A stretch of DNA of 64,000 bases from Candidatus Bathyarchaeia archaeon (GTDB lineage: Archaea; Thermoproteota; Bathyarchaeia; 40CM-2-53-6), in the NCBI GenBank assembly GCA_050013255.1, contig JBEKFP010000001.1:512001-576000 (forward strand). Reading direction: 5' to 3'. Shown here in pieces: positions 19,762-30,135 of the stretch. The notes under the pieces were generated by a model. It saw only the letters and a list, made by a program, of their open reading frames with translations, was not told the origin of the DNA and searched no databases. A program made the position numbers and the translations under genes. Within the stretch, counting starts at the first letter, position 1, and every line of letters starts with the position of its first letter.

Positions 19762-20469
19762 ATGGCTCAAAAAGCTAACCCAAGCCCATTCACCGAAGCG
19801 CTCCTTGTGATCCCAACTCTTAACGAAGAAGACGCCATCGAAGGATTACTTTCCGAAGCACGCGCATCTGGCTTTGAGAGAATAATAGTGGTCGATGGTA
19901 AGAGCACTGATCGGACTAAAGAGATTGCGGAAAAAGCAGGTGTCAAAGTTGTCGTACAAGATTTCGGGAAAGGCAAAGGGTGCGGCATCAGAACGGCTAT
20001 GAGAGATTTCCTCCAAGAAGACGCAAACGTACTCTGCATCATAGACGGGGATGGTACGAACGACCCGTCGTGGCTGCCAAAGATGATGACAATCGTCGAG
20101 AGGGGTGAAGCTGATGTGGTTCTAGGTTCAAGAACCCGGGGGCCAAGGGAAGCACACGCGATGCCTTTGATAAGCTTGGCTTCCAACGTCACCATCTCAT
20201 TTTTGCTCGGCGCCAAGTTCCGGCGCCTGTTTACGGACGTCCAAACCGGGTACTGGGTATTCACCAGAAACTCAGTTCAGCAAATCTACCCCGAAATTCA
20301 CTCAACAGGGTTCGAGATAGAATTGGAACTCTTTGTCACACTCTTCAAAGAAGGCCTGCGGGTGCGAGAGATCCCAGTTGGATTTCGGCTGCGCAAAGGA
20401 ACAACCAAATTCAGTTTCATAATGCGCCTGAGAAACTTATACTACGCATTCAAGTTCCTTGCTTCATGA
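19762..20469 (+). CDS. Glycosyltransferase family 2 (DPM1-like)
   Basis: IPTLNEE, VVDGKSTD, DGDG, GSR and DVQTG. Confidence 0.9.
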   Translation: MAQKANPSPFTEALLVIPTLNEEDAIEGLLSEARASGFERIIVVDGKSTDRTKEIAEKAGVKVVVQDFGKGKGCGIRTAMRDFLQEDANVLCIIDGDGTNDPSWLPKMMTIVERGEADVVLGSRTRGPREAHAMPLISLASNVTISFLLGAKFRRLFTDVQTGYWVFTRNSVQQIYPEIHSTGFEIELELFVTLFKEGLRVREIPVGFRLRKGTTKFSFIMRLRNLYYAFKFLAS

Positions 20470-20477
20470 TATGCGGA

Positions 20478-21257
20478 TTAGACGGAGCGTTCGATGGCTA
20501 CAGCATAAAGCCCCGCTCCAGCTAAGATGAAAACGGCGGAGAATACCAAGAGTTCCGTCCAGCTGAACAAAGTTACCGGCGGAGTTCCCATCAGGTAACC
20601 TCTCAGAAGGTCGGAGACTGTGCTTAACGGGTTAGCCTCCGCGAAGACGATTAAAGCACCTTTGAAAAGTTGTTGAAGTACCGTTATCGGGTAGAAGACT
20701 GTGCTGCAGAAAATCAGCAGCAGGTAGATCAGGCTTCGAGCCGTTGTAAACCGTTCGAAACTCCTCAACATGACTGCCAAACTGATTGCCAAGCCTGAAA
20801 TCCCCATGCCGAGCAGGAACATTGCAAATATGATCAGCCCTAGTTGTGGAATCGACGGAAACGTTAGGACAAACATCGCCAACACAAGTAGTGGGATTGC
20901 ATAGATTAGCCCCCTGAGCCCTCCCGCTATCATGCGTCCGACAATGAGTTCATAACGTCTGACCGGCAAGCTGAGAAGGTACTGGTTGTATCCTCGTCTA
21001 GTCTCATTGTTTACTTCTCTACCAATCACAAAGGCCGCTGCAAAGAGGCCCACGGCAACAATTCCAGGCGCTACGAACTTGAAATAATTGAATGAGACCA
21101 TCTGCGTGTAAACAACCGCCATGATGAGCAAATCTGCAAGATTCATGCTGATGAGCCCAGCCATGAAAAACCTGTACTTGAAGAACGTTCGAAAGTCATG
21201 CTCCATTATCGCCTTCAGGCCGGTTAGCACAGAATCATCTCCAGGTTCCACCTTCAA
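20478..21257 (-). CDS. ABC-2 type transporter permease
   Basis: Six TM segments; NPLS motif; in operon with the ATPase. Confidence 0.88.
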   Translation of the reverse strand: MKVEPGDDSVLTGLKAIMEHDFRTFFKYRFFMAGLISMNLADLLIMAVVYTQMVSFNYFKFVAPGIVAVGLFAAAFVIGREVNNETRRGYNQYLLSLPVRRYELIVGRMIAGGLRGLIYAIPLLVLAMFVLTFPSIPQLGLIIFAMFLLGMGISGLAISLAVMLRSFERFTTARSLIYLLLIFCSTVFYPITVLQQLFKGALIVFAEANPLSTVSDLLRGYLMGTPPVTLFSWTELLVFSAVFILAGAGLYAVAIERSV

Positions 21258-21993
21258 GATTTCGCTCGTAAATCATCACGCCGGCGAAGTTGAAAGTCAT
21301 GAGGAAAATCAGTAGAACAACCAATGCCACTACCGGATTGGCTAGGAATCTAATGTCGAAGTTCAGTGACCAGCGGAAGAGGTCCGAGGCATAGGTGAGA
21401 GGGTTGAACGTTGACAATGTTGCTATGGGTCCTGGCATGAAGGCCTGTGGGTAGAAGGCCGTACTGAGTCGTACGATGAATGCGTCGAGTGCCCCCATTA
21501 TGATGTCGAACCTGTCTCCGGACTTCAACCCAACAGCCAATGTGATGCTCAAACCAGAAACCCCGAAGGCAAACCCGTACAGGGCCGCCAGTGCGGTCAA
21601 GACTTTGAGCGGATCTAAGGCGCCGATAAAATACAGGAAGCCTGCAATAATCGGCGACATGAAGATCAGACTCCTAAGACCGCCGGCAAGAGAACGCCCG
21701 AGTACTAGCTCACGGCGCGTTATTGGTAGGCTCAGGAGGTATTCCACGAAACCGTCGTCGGCTTCGTCGTAGATTTCGTAACCTGTAAAGATGGCTACAG
21801 AATACATTGTCATCACGATGACGCCCATCGCGTAATAATTGTAATAGTTCGGCATTACGACAATTAGCCGCGACACCGCAAGGCCAAAAATCCCTATTTG
21901 AACGATGACGAAAAACCATCGCATCACCAAAATGCTCTTGTGTCGAATCAGCGAGCGCAGGTCGCGCTCAACCACGAGGAGTATCTTACTCAC
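21235..21993 (-). CDS. ABC-2 type transporter permease
   Basis: TM helices; FNPLTY. Confidence 0.88.
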   Translation of the reverse strand: MSKILLVVERDLRSLIRHKSILVMRWFFVIVQIGIFGLAVSRLIVVMPNYYNYYAMGVIVMTMYSVAIFTGYEIYDEADDGFVEYLLSLPITRRELVLGRSLAGGLRSLIFMSPIIAGFLYFIGALDPLKVLTALAALYGFAFGVSGLSITLAVGLKSGDRFDIIMGALDAFIVRLSTAFYPQAFMPGPIATLSTFNPLTYASDLFRWSLNFDIRFLANPVVALVVLLIFLMTFNFAGVMIYERNLEGGTWR

Positions 21994-22955
21994 GATGAAG
22001 ACACACCAGGAGTTGCTTGGGATTCGTCTAAGATGGCTCCGGTGTAATGAAAGAAAACATCGTCCAGGGATGGCTCCTTCATGTTGATCGAGCTGATTGC
22101 GACGCCAAGAGTTGATAGAAGCTGCATTATCTGGGGCAGCATTTTTTCGACTCGGTTGAGGTAAATTCGCATGTGGGTGGGTTTTGTGAACGCGATGTCT
22201 ACGACCCCGGCTATGCTCTTCAGCTGAGATACTGCACTATTTTCAACAGGCGCTTCAAGCCTGATGTCGATAACATCACCACCGGGTATGCTGTCCTTGA
22301 GGTTTCGAGGCGTGTCGCAGATTCTGAGTCGGCCATGGTACATTATCGCTACTCGGTCGGAAAGACGGTCTGCTTCGCCCAACTCGTTCGTGGCGAGAAT
22401 AATCGTTGAACCTTCATCTCGCAGGGAACGAATCTTCTCCCATATCTGGTACTTCCCTGCGATGTCGATTTGAGCTGTAGGTTCATCCACTATGGCGACC
22501 TTGGGTCTCTGAATGAGAACTTTGGCGACTTCGACTCGTTTCTTCATTCCGCCTGAGAGTTCATGGGTGAGTTTCTTTCTGGCGTCCCAGAGGTTAAGTT
22601 CCTTGAGAATTGCCTCCGCCGCCTGCTTCGGGTTCTTTACGCCGCAAACCTTTGCGTGCCAGTTCAAGATTTCCCAAGGCGTATTCATCCAGAGGAGTTT
22701 CGCTTCCTGAAAGGCAATTCCGATTAGTTCTCGTACTTCGTATGGGTTCTTGCGGATATCGTACCCGCCCACTTCCGCCGTGCCTTCGGTCGGTTTGATT
22801 ATCGTTGATAACATCATTAGCACTGAACTCTTGCCTGCGCCGTTCGGGCCGAGCAATCCGAGGATCTCGCCTTCCTGGACCTCCAAGTTCAGATGGTCCA
22901 CTGCGAGCGTCGACCCGTACTTCTTGGTAAGTCCCACTATGCGTACAAGAGCCAA
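21990..22955 (-). CDS. ABC transporter ATP-binding protein (DrrA-like)
   Basis: GPNGAGKS, LSGGM and VDEPT. Confidence 0.93.
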   Translation of the reverse strand: MALVRIVGLTKKYGSTLAVDHLNLEVQEGEILGLLGPNGAGKSSVLMMLSTIIKPTEGTAEVGGYDIRKNPYEVRELIGIAFQEAKLLWMNTPWEILNWHAKVCGVKNPKQAAEAILKELNLWDARKKLTHELSGGMKKRVEVAKVLIQRPKVAIVDEPTAQIDIAGKYQIWEKIRSLRDEGSTIILATNELGEADRLSDRVAIMYHGRLRICDTPRNLKDSIPGGDVIDIRLEAPVENSAVSQLKSIAGVVDIAFTKPTHMRIYLNRVEKMLPQIMQLLSTLGVAISSINMKEPSLDDVFFHYTGAILDESQATPGVSSS

Positions 22956-23124
22956 AGGCGAAACACTTTGAATGTCGTTCGAAAGGCCTCAAAATCGAAC
23001 AGTGGAATTTACGTATAGCGACGGTTTTCATTAAACAAAATTAGGGACATACACCATGTCTAAGGCACAACCCGAACTTTCCGGGTTGGACCCAGCAATC
23101 GTGGATTGACGTATTGCGTAAGTT

Positions 23125-23715
23125 CTAGCCTTTCGAAACGTAAGAATTGCCTGCAACATAGAATCTCCATAACCGATCCCTACCTTGACTTATTCCGACG
23201 CGCGCAGACTTGGCTACGTCAAAAGTTGCCTCATCGGAGTCGGTAACGAAGAGTTCCCCCCGTTTTGTCATGTCGACCTCATTTAGTGACTTGTCGATTC
23301 CTAGTGCTTTCGTCAATTTGCCTGGCCCATTGGTCAAGTTTGAGTCCAGAACCTTCGGTCGCAGGCGTCTCATCTCACGTAATCCCTCGAGTGGTTGCAT
23401 TGCTCGGATCAAAACAGCGCCGGGCGTTCCCACTTCTTGCGTTGTAATGTTGAGGCAGTAGTGATTCCCGTAAGTGAAGTAAATGTACGCATGACCCGGT
23501 CCGCCGAACATTGGGGCGTTTCTAGGCGTTGGACCGCGAAACGCATGACTTGCGGGGTCTTCTAAGCCGCGATAGGCTTCAACTTCTACGATTCTTCCTT
23601 CCATTCTATTCTTGCCTTTTACTCGAACCAAACGTTTGCCAAGAAGATCCTTTGCAACCTTGACCGTATCGCGTGCGTAGAAGTCGCGGAGAAGTATGTG
23701 AGGTTTCATGCCCAT
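23125..23715 (-). CDS. DNA-3-methyladenine glycosylase (MPG/AAG family)
   Basis: GRIVEVEAY, YIYFTYGNHYCLN and GPGKL. Confidence 0.93.
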   Translation of the reverse strand: MGMKPHILLRDFYARDTVKVAKDLLGKRLVRVKGKNRMEGRIVEVEAYRGLEDPASHAFRGPTPRNAPMFGGPGHAYIYFTYGNHYCLNITTQEVGTPGAVLIRAMQPLEGLREMRRLRPKVLDSNLTNGPGKLTKALGIDKSLNEVDMTKRGELFVTDSDEATFDVAKSARVGISQGRDRLWRFYVAGNSYVSKG

Positions 23716-23842
23716 CCCCTGGGCACAAGGTTTAGACTCATCATTCAAAGCCTCGATTACGCTCTCTGAGCCCTTATTCAAAGGAAGACTTAATTGTGAA
23801 CTTTCGATAGCGCTTGTCGCCTGGCTAGAATGAAATTAGTCT

Positions 23843-24409
23843 TTGGTTTGCGGGATTATGGACAAGAATAAGATGCAGGCGCTGACGAGAACGCTTCTTG
23901 AAGAGATTGGTGAGAACCCCAAGCGTGAAGGCCTTCAGGACACCCCGAGGCGTGTCACGGAAATGTACGCTGAGCTGACTGAAGGATATTCCATGAACCC
24001 CAAGCAGATTCTTTCCAGGGAATGGAGTGAGGTCAGTGGGATGGTAGTGGCGAAGGATATTGGATTTTTTAGCCTCTGCGAGCATCACATTTTGCCCTTC
24101 TATGGGAAAGTGCACATTGGATACATTCCTTCAAGGGCAGTAGTTGGCCTGTCAAAGCTGGTTAGGTTAGTTGACTGCTTCAGCAAGCGCCTTCAGCTCC
24201 AAGAACGAATGACAAAACAGATCGCTGATGCCATGAACGAGAATTTGCACCCGCATGGGGTTGTAGTCGTAGTGCAAGCTAGGCATCTGTGTATGGAGAT
24301 GAGGGGCGTTAAGAGCGGCGCTGACATAGTTACCTCGGAAATCCGAGGCCAATTCGAGAAGTTTGAATCACGAAGCGAATTCTTCCAAATGTTACGGAGG
24401 GAGGTCTAG
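23843..24409 (+). CDS. folE: GTP cyclohydrolase I (type IA)
   Basis: REGLQDTPRRV, SLCEHH, GLSKL and HLCMEMRG. Confidence 0.95.
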   Translation: MVCGIMDKNKMQALTRTLLEEIGENPKREGLQDTPRRVTEMYAELTEGYSMNPKQILSREWSEVSGMVVAKDIGFFSLCEHHILPFYGKVHIGYIPSRAVVGLSKLVRLVDCFSKRLQLQERMTKQIADAMNENLHPHGVVVVVQARHLCMEMRGVKSGADIVTSEIRGQFEKFESRSEFFQMLRREV

Positions 24410-24411
24410 GC

Positions 24412-24747
24412 ATGTCCTCTATGGAGCCGGATATTGCACGCCTTTACCGGCGTGAGTTCGCATCAGCCCACATTATTGCTGGCCACCCACGCTGCGGTCG
24501 GTTGCATGGTCACAACTACCAACTGCTCGCAAAGGTCTATGGGAAGAGTGAGGAATGGTTAGATTTCGAGGATATCAAGAAAAAAGTGGACCAATTCATC
24601 GACGAGAAGTATGACCACCATGACATAGGGAACATGTCTTGTGAGAGGCTGGCAAGGCAGTTACAAGAACAGCTCAGGATCTTCTTCAAGACCACCGTCA
24701 AAATTGAGCTGTGGGAGACTGGAAAGTTCGGCGTCGAGACCGTGTGA
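24412..24747 (+). CDS. queD: 6-carboxytetrahydropterin synthase
   Basis: CGRLHGHNY, YDH and LWET. Confidence 0.88.
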   Translation: MSSMEPDIARLYRREFASAHIIAGHPRCGRLHGHNYQLLAKVYGKSEEWLDFEDIKKKVDQFIDEKYDHHDIGNMSCERLARQLQEQLRIFFKTTVKIELWETGKFGVETV

Positions 24748-24785
24748 AAAACGACTACAAACTCGGCAATTTATCGGACCCAAGC

Positions 24786-25196
24786 CTAGTACTTTTCGAC
24801 TTCTCCGCGTATGTGCCCTGCCTTCAGTAGGGCGAAGTGGTGCACGTCTGTAGGGACCCGAAGCTTCCCTGTGTTGTGGATGTGCTCAATCTTCTGGAAG
24901 GCTTCGCGGTCAACGTCCTTGTCGAAGGTTAGTACGCCGCTGTTCTCGAGGTGGAAGTTGCCAAGCTCCTTGTGCAAGCCTAGGATGTCGGATTTGGAGA
25001 GGAGGACGGTGCCGGCGATGATTAGCTTCTTCGTATCAAAGACGTCGTGGCTTTCAGATGGAGATTCCCGCATATACTGCTGTAGGGCCTCGTTTACGAG
25101 TTCGGCCACGTTCTTTCCTTGTTGTTTAGCTTTGGCTATCACGCCATTGTAGATATCCCGATCCAACCCGCGAATCAGGACCGCATTGTTTGTCAT
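24786..25196 (-). CDS. Hypothetical protein with N-terminal ribbon-helix-helix-like domain
   Basis: VLIRGLDRDIY..AKAKQQGKNVAELVNEALQQY. Confidence 0.7.
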   Translation of the reverse strand: MTNNAVLIRGLDRDIYNGVIAKAKQQGKNVAELVNEALQQYMRESPSESHDVFDTKKLIIAGTVLLSKSDILGLHKELGNFHLENSGVLTFDKDVDREAFQKIEHIHNTGKLRVPTDVHHFALLKAGHIRGEVEKY

Positions 25197-25371
25197 GATA
25201 GCCAGCTCACAAAGTTACTGTGCTTACTTTGATATCCTGCTAACATTGATTACATAGGTTTCTTATAAATCTTGTTAATTCTTTTAACACTCCTTAACTA
25301 GTATACATGCTTGCCTCGTTTGCAACCGCAAACAAGGCAAACAAGGGCCAGAATGAAAGGAGGAAAAGAAA

Positions 25372-25542
25372 TTGGTTGAAGACCTCGAAAAGTTACTGTT
25401 CGAAGAAATCCCTGAGATGGAGACCCCGAGAATCAAACGGTGCGAGTGGTGCCGCGAACCGCTCCCCAACGATCGCTATCACCTGAAGATCTGCCCCCAG
25501 TGCAGAAAGGAATCCATCGACACCTTCATGAAAGCACACTAG
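25372..25542 (+). CDS. Small C4 zinc-finger protein (56 aa, not in ORF track)
   Basis: AGGAGG SD then TTG; MVEDLEKLLFEEIPEMETPRIKRCEWCREPLPNDRYHLKICPQCRKESIDTFMKAH. Confidence 0.7.
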   Translation: MVEDLEKLLFEEIPEMETPRIKRCEWCREPLPNDRYHLKICPQCRKESIDTFMKAH

Positions 25543-25763
25543 GCCGGCGAACCCGAAGGGGTTTTGCGGGCCTCCCTTAAGCCTTATTCCACCGCAAATT
25601 CAACCTCTCTTGACCCCAAAAAATGCACCACCCCCCTGGGGGTCCCTCCAAGCGTGCGCGCACTCTTCTCTTCCCACTATCCCAGAAAACAGCACCATAT
25701 ATTGATACGCACACCCAAGCCTGCGTCCGTGCGCAAAGGAAACTAAGCCTGAAGGGTAACCGT

Positions 25764-26417
25764 TTGGTGAGAGCGCTAATCCTTCTTTCCGGAGGGATAG
25801 ATTCCGCAATCGCACTCTACTTGACCAAGCAAGAGACCGACGACGTTTATTCCATGAACATGATCTACACGCAAACTTACGATAGCGAAGCGGAAGCGTC
25901 TAAGAAACTAGCAGCAGCCGCCCAGGTGAAAGAACATCTCAGCGTTTACCTTCCATTCTTCAAGGACATTGAAACGCGCTACAGGCCTACTCCTTCCTCT
26001 GAAGTCTCGTCCGCTTACGTTCCCGCGCGAAACATCGTCTTTTACGGCGTTGCCGCTGCTTACGCCGAAGCCATCGGCGCCCACGAGATAGTGTTTGGGT
26101 CAAATGCTGATGACGCCATGGAGCTACCTGACGCCAGGCCCGAATTCATTCAACTCATGAATGAGTTAATCCGAACCGGGACAAGGTCCGGCCGGGAGGG
26201 TACTGAAATGAAAATCGTCAACCCGTTAATCCACTACACCAAGGTTGAGGTGCTCAGGCTCGCGCTGAAGCTCAAGGTTCCGCTCGAACTGACCTGGAGT
26301 TGCTATGAGGACTTGCCCGTTCCATGCGGAAAATGCCGCGGTTGCCGCACAAGGGAAAAGGCGTTCGGAGAGGTCGGCATACTCGACCCATTGAACGCAT
26401 CGTCCCAGCCGAAGTAA
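25764..26417 (+). CDS. queC: 7-cyano-7-deazaguanine synthase
   Basis: LSGGIDS, YVPARN, PDARPEF and TWSCY..CGKCRGC. Confidence 0.93.
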   Translation: MVRALILLSGGIDSAIALYLTKQETDDVYSMNMIYTQTYDSEAEASKKLAAAAQVKEHLSVYLPFFKDIETRYRPTPSSEVSSAYVPARNIVFYGVAAAYAEAIGAHEIVFGSNADDAMELPDARPEFIQLMNELIRTGTRSGREGTEMKIVNPLIHYTKVEVLRLALKLKVPLELTWSCYEDLPVPCGKCRGCRTREKAFGEVGILDPLNASSQPK

Positions 26418-26670
26418 CCTGCGGCGAATATTTTCGCTTACCAGACACGAGCCGCGTGACTCGTAATCAATAAAAGCCTTTTCGACGGCCAACCAAGTTC
26501 GAGGATGGTGTGCTCCTCGTTTTCCAGTCGAAGTTCCCAAAGGCAGTTGAGTACGGTAATGCATTTCTGCCGTCGGCCGGTACAATATTTTATACAATTC
26601 TGTCGAAAACTATTAAAGCGCATCCAGGGGAATAGCAAGAGCTTTCAATTTCTAAGAGGCAAAGGCAAGT

Positions 26671-29253
26671 TTGACATCCCACGCTGAAGCTTCGACAAAT
26701 GAAGTTCCTCCGAAATCAAGAATCATCCAGATCAGAAAGCGCGATGGGCGCATTGTTCCCTTCAACAAAGAGAAAATCACAAACGCAATTTACAAAGCCA
26801 TACTCGAATCAGGCAGTCGAGACCGCGCACTCGCCGACTCCCTATCATCTCGTGTGGTTGAGATTCTAGATGAAAAGTATGGCGGCGAAGCGATTCCGGC
26901 GGTTGAGGATGTTCAGGATGTTGTAGAAAGGGCCCTAGTTGAAAATGGGCAAGCGAAAGTTGCTAAGGCGTACATAATTTACAGGCAGAAAAGGGCTGAG
27001 ATCAGGCGGGAGAAGCAACGAATTCTAGAGAAAGAAAGTATCGATGAAGTAGACAAGGTGTTCGACCTAAACGCCCTTAGAGTTCTCAAGGCCAGGTACC
27101 TGAAAAAGGACGAAGCGGGTAAGCTCGTAGAAACACCGAAGCAACTCTTCACGCGGATTGCAGTCCACGCAACGCTACCGGACTTGTTCTACGACCTTGA
27201 AGTGTACGACATAACCAACAAACAGAAGGCCCATCCGCAGGAAGACTTTGACCCACTTCAATTCCACGAGAAGGTGAGTATCGGAAAATACGCACTCAAC
27301 CGATACCATCTCGAAGCGTTGAAGCGAATGTATGACCGCTTTGACCGCGAAGGCGTTGCGAAGGTCTCTTGGTCACGTTTCTTCGAAATGCTCAAGTCAG
27401 GGCTCTTCAACAAGTACGAGAAATCCATTAGCGCGTTTTATGGGCTGATGGTTTCCAGAAAGTTCATGCCCAACACACCCGCAATAGCCAATTTCGGAAA
27501 CGTTCTCGGAATGGGCTCCGCTTGCTTCGTTTTAGGTGTGGATGATTCCATCGAGAGTATTATGGAGACGTTGAAGCAGACCGCAGTAGTCTTCAAGGCC
27601 GGCGGAGGCATGGGTTACAACTTTTCAAAACTGAGGCCCGAAGGAGATTACGTAAGCTCAACCTCGGGCGTGGCGTCGGGCCCGATCAGTTTCATGATGC
27701 TGTTCGATACTATGACCGACGTGATAAAGCAAGGCGGAATCCGCCGCGGCGCCAACATGGGAATACTCAACAGCAATCATCCAGACGTCGAGAAATTCAT
27801 AACGGCAAAGAAAGGGAACAAGGCACTGAGAAACTTCAACATCTCAGTTCTTTTGATGCCCGACTTTTGGGAGTGCTACAACAAGAATAAGCCGTACCCG
27901 CTCATCAACCCTAGAACCGGGCAGGTTGTGCGTGAAGTCAACCCTCGCCTATTGTTCGATATGATAGTCTACCAGGCGTGGGAGAGCGCCGAACCAGGCG
28001 TAATTTTCTTCGACCACGTCAACGAGTACAATCCCTTCTTCAAACACCTCGGCCCAATAGTCACAACAAACCCGTGCGGCGAAGTATTGCTCTACCCAAA
28101 CGAGTCCTGTAATCTGGGCAGCATCAATGTATGGGCCTTCGCAAAACGTGACGATAATGGAAAAATTAACTTCGATTGGGACGGGTTGAAGGAAGCGGTC
28201 AACCTAGGTTCCAGATTCCTCGACAACGTAATCGACGTAAACAATTTCCCGCTCAAAGCAATTGAGGAAATGACACTTGCAACACGAAAGATAGGGCTAG
28301 GAGTTATGGGGCTGGCTGACTTACTCTTCGAACTTCGTGCAGCCTACAATAGTGACGAAGGCCGCAAGTTTATGGAAGAGCTAATGGAGTTCATCAACTA
28401 CCACTCAAAGCTAGCATCAATAGACCTAGCAAAAGAACGAGGCCCCGTGCCATACTACAACAAGAGCTTCTACCCTGAAGGAAAACTGCCCATCGCGGGG
28501 TTCGCGAACCGAAAATTATGGCATTTCGATTGGGACAAAGTAGCTGAGATGGTCAGGCAACACGGCGTCAGGAACGGGTACACAACTGTAATCGCACCCA
28601 CCGGTAGCATCTCCATGATCGCCGGATGCAGCAGCGGAATTGAACCCGTCTACTCACTCGTTTACGAGAAACATGTGAAGGTTGGAAGCTTCTACTACAT
28701 CGACTCGGTGTTCGAACGCGTCATGACTGAAGAAGGCCTGTTCGGCGATGACCTACTTAGAGATGTGAACGACCACGGCGGCTCAATTCAGAGAATAAGT
28801 TACATCCCCGAAGACCTGAAACGCGCCTACATAACCGCCATGGACATTCGCCCAGAGGACCACATCCGAGCTTTGGCGGCATTTCAAAGATGGACGGACT
28901 CCTCGATTTCAAAAACAAACAATTTCCCCGCCAATGCGACGGTCGAAGACATGCGTGAATCATACCTGCTCGCCTACAAGCTCGGCTGCAAAGATGTTAC
29001 CGTCTTCAGGGATACATCGATTAAAGGCCAAGTATTGGTTGTGCCCCGCAAGAAGACTGAAGGAACCAAAGAGGAAGAGAACAAAGACGAAGAACAAGCG
29101 CTACGCGCACCCAAACTCTTGGCCGCGCCTTTGGTCGGCGCCTCCCAAGGCATAAGCGAACAGATCAAACTTTGCCCCCAATGCCAAAGCCAAGTCGTGT
29201 ACCAAGAAGGCTGCTACATATGCCCCGAATGCGGCTGGGGCGCCTGCTCCTAA
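26671..29253 (+). CDS. nrdJ: Adenosylcobalamin-dependent (class II) ribonucleotide reductase with ATP cone and C-terminal Zn ribbon
   Basis: IRKRDG ATP cone; RRGANMG, TNPCGE, APTGSIS and SISKT; no intein seen. Confidence 0.95.
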   Translation: MTSHAEASTNEVPPKSRIIQIRKRDGRIVPFNKEKITNAIYKAILESGSRDRALADSLSSRVVEILDEKYGGEAIPAVEDVQDVVERALVENGQAKVAKAYIIYRQKRAEIRREKQRILEKESIDEVDKVFDLNALRVLKARYLKKDEAGKLVETPKQLFTRIAVHATLPDLFYDLEVYDITNKQKAHPQEDFDPLQFHEKVSIGKYALNRYHLEALKRMYDRFDREGVAKVSWSRFFEMLKSGLFNKYEKSISAFYGLMVSRKFMPNTPAIANFGNVLGMGSACFVLGVDDSIESIMETLKQTAVVFKAGGGMGYNFSKLRPEGDYVSSTSGVASGPISFMMLFDTMTDVIKQGGIRRGANMGILNSNHPDVEKFITAKKGNKALRNFNISVLLMPDFWECYNKNKPYPLINPRTGQVVREVNPRLLFDMIVYQAWESAEPGVIFFDHVNEYNPFFKHLGPIVTTNPCGEVLLYPNESCNLGSINVWAFAKRDDNGKINFDWDGLKEAVNLGSRFLDNVIDVNNFPLKAIEEMTLATRKIGLGVMGLADLLFELRAAYNSDEGRKFMEELMEFINYHSKLASIDLAKERGPVPYYNKSFYPEGKLPIAGFANRKLWHFDWDKVAEMVRQHGVRNGYTTVIAPTGSISMIAGCSSGIEPVYSLVYEKHVKVGSFYYIDSVFERVMTEEGLFGDDLLRDVNDHGGSIQRISYIPEDLKRAYITAMDIRPEDHIRALAAFQRWTDSSISKTNNFPANATVEDMRESYLLAYKLGCKDVTVFRDTSIKGQVLVVPRKKTEGTKEEENKDEEQALRAPKLLAAPLVGASQGISEQIKLCPQCQSQVVYQEGCYICPECGWGACS

Positions 29254-29408
29254 ACCACACATAGACAATACTAGGTCACCTCGCTCGCCAACTCATTCAG
29301 AGCACTCAAGCCCATCCAACGTCACCTAGTGGACCCTTTTCTCGAAGGGTTCCAAACGCAGATAGCCCAACTTTATTTCCCCAGGCACCAAGTGAAAAGC
29401 TGATTCCC

Positions 29409-30101
29409 TTGGACAAACGCCTAATCACACTCGTCAACAAGATTCGGAATAGAAATCTTCGAAAGAAGGTTTATGCCCTTCTTGACAATCCGACCATAAA
29501 GATAGGGGGCAAAACTTTCTCTGGATTGCCCATTGAGAAAGCCCCAGCAAGCATTCGGCATCATCACAATTATCCCGGGGGCTTCATCGAACATACGTTG
29601 GCGCTTTACGAACTCTGCATGAGCTTGTCACGAGTGACACAGGTAGTCTACGGCTGCAAAGTAAACAATGACCTAGTGATTTGTGGAGTTTTGCTTCACG
29701 ACATTTTCAAACCCGCTACTTATTCACGAACTGAGGACGGAAGGTATCGACCCTCTGCCTTAGCCGAACGAGTCGACCATTTAACCCTGGCTAGCGCGGA
29801 GCTAATTCGTCGAGGATTTCCTATTGACGCCGTGCACGTTGTGGCCGCGAGTCACGGCCGGCAGTACGGGCCCATAGGGCCAATGACTATTGAGGCCTTG
29901 ATATGCCACCTCGGAGATTCTGCTGAAGCTGACCTTAATGGAGAAGTTTTGAGCGCGGCACGATTCATGATCCGAGAGGTTACCGGGGTGGAACCTAGCG
30001 CACTGAATGGAAAGGATGCTTTCGCCATTGTAAAAGCAAAGACTGACAAGGGCTGGGACGGCGTCAGAGACTACCTGTCACAAAGCGGATACAACAGTTA
30101 G
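29409..30101 (+). CDS. HD domain protein (YhaM-like)
   Basis: PASIRHHHNYPGGFIEHT and LLHDIFK. Confidence 0.85.
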   Translation: MDKRLITLVNKIRNRNLRKKVYALLDNPTIKIGGKTFSGLPIEKAPASIRHHHNYPGGFIEHTLALYELCMSLSRVTQVVYGCKVNNDLVICGVLLHDIFKPATYSRTEDGRYRPSALAERVDHLTLASAELIRRGFPIDAVHVVAASHGRQYGPIGPMTIEALICHLGDSAEADLNGEVLSAARFMIREVTGVEPSALNGKDAFAIVKAKTDKGWDGVRDYLSQSGYNS

Positions 30102-30135
30102 TGATTCACGGAGAAAGCTACGGGGCGTCCTTTCA

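Noticed and set aside
26580-26595. GTACAATATTTTATAC imperfect palindrome upstream of nrdJ (NrdR-box-like)
   Set aside because: Single, degenerate and AT-rich; indistinguishable from promoter sequence.
26671-29253. Intein or intron in the ribonucleotide reductase
   Set aside because: Length and motif order are normal; no intein motifs seen.
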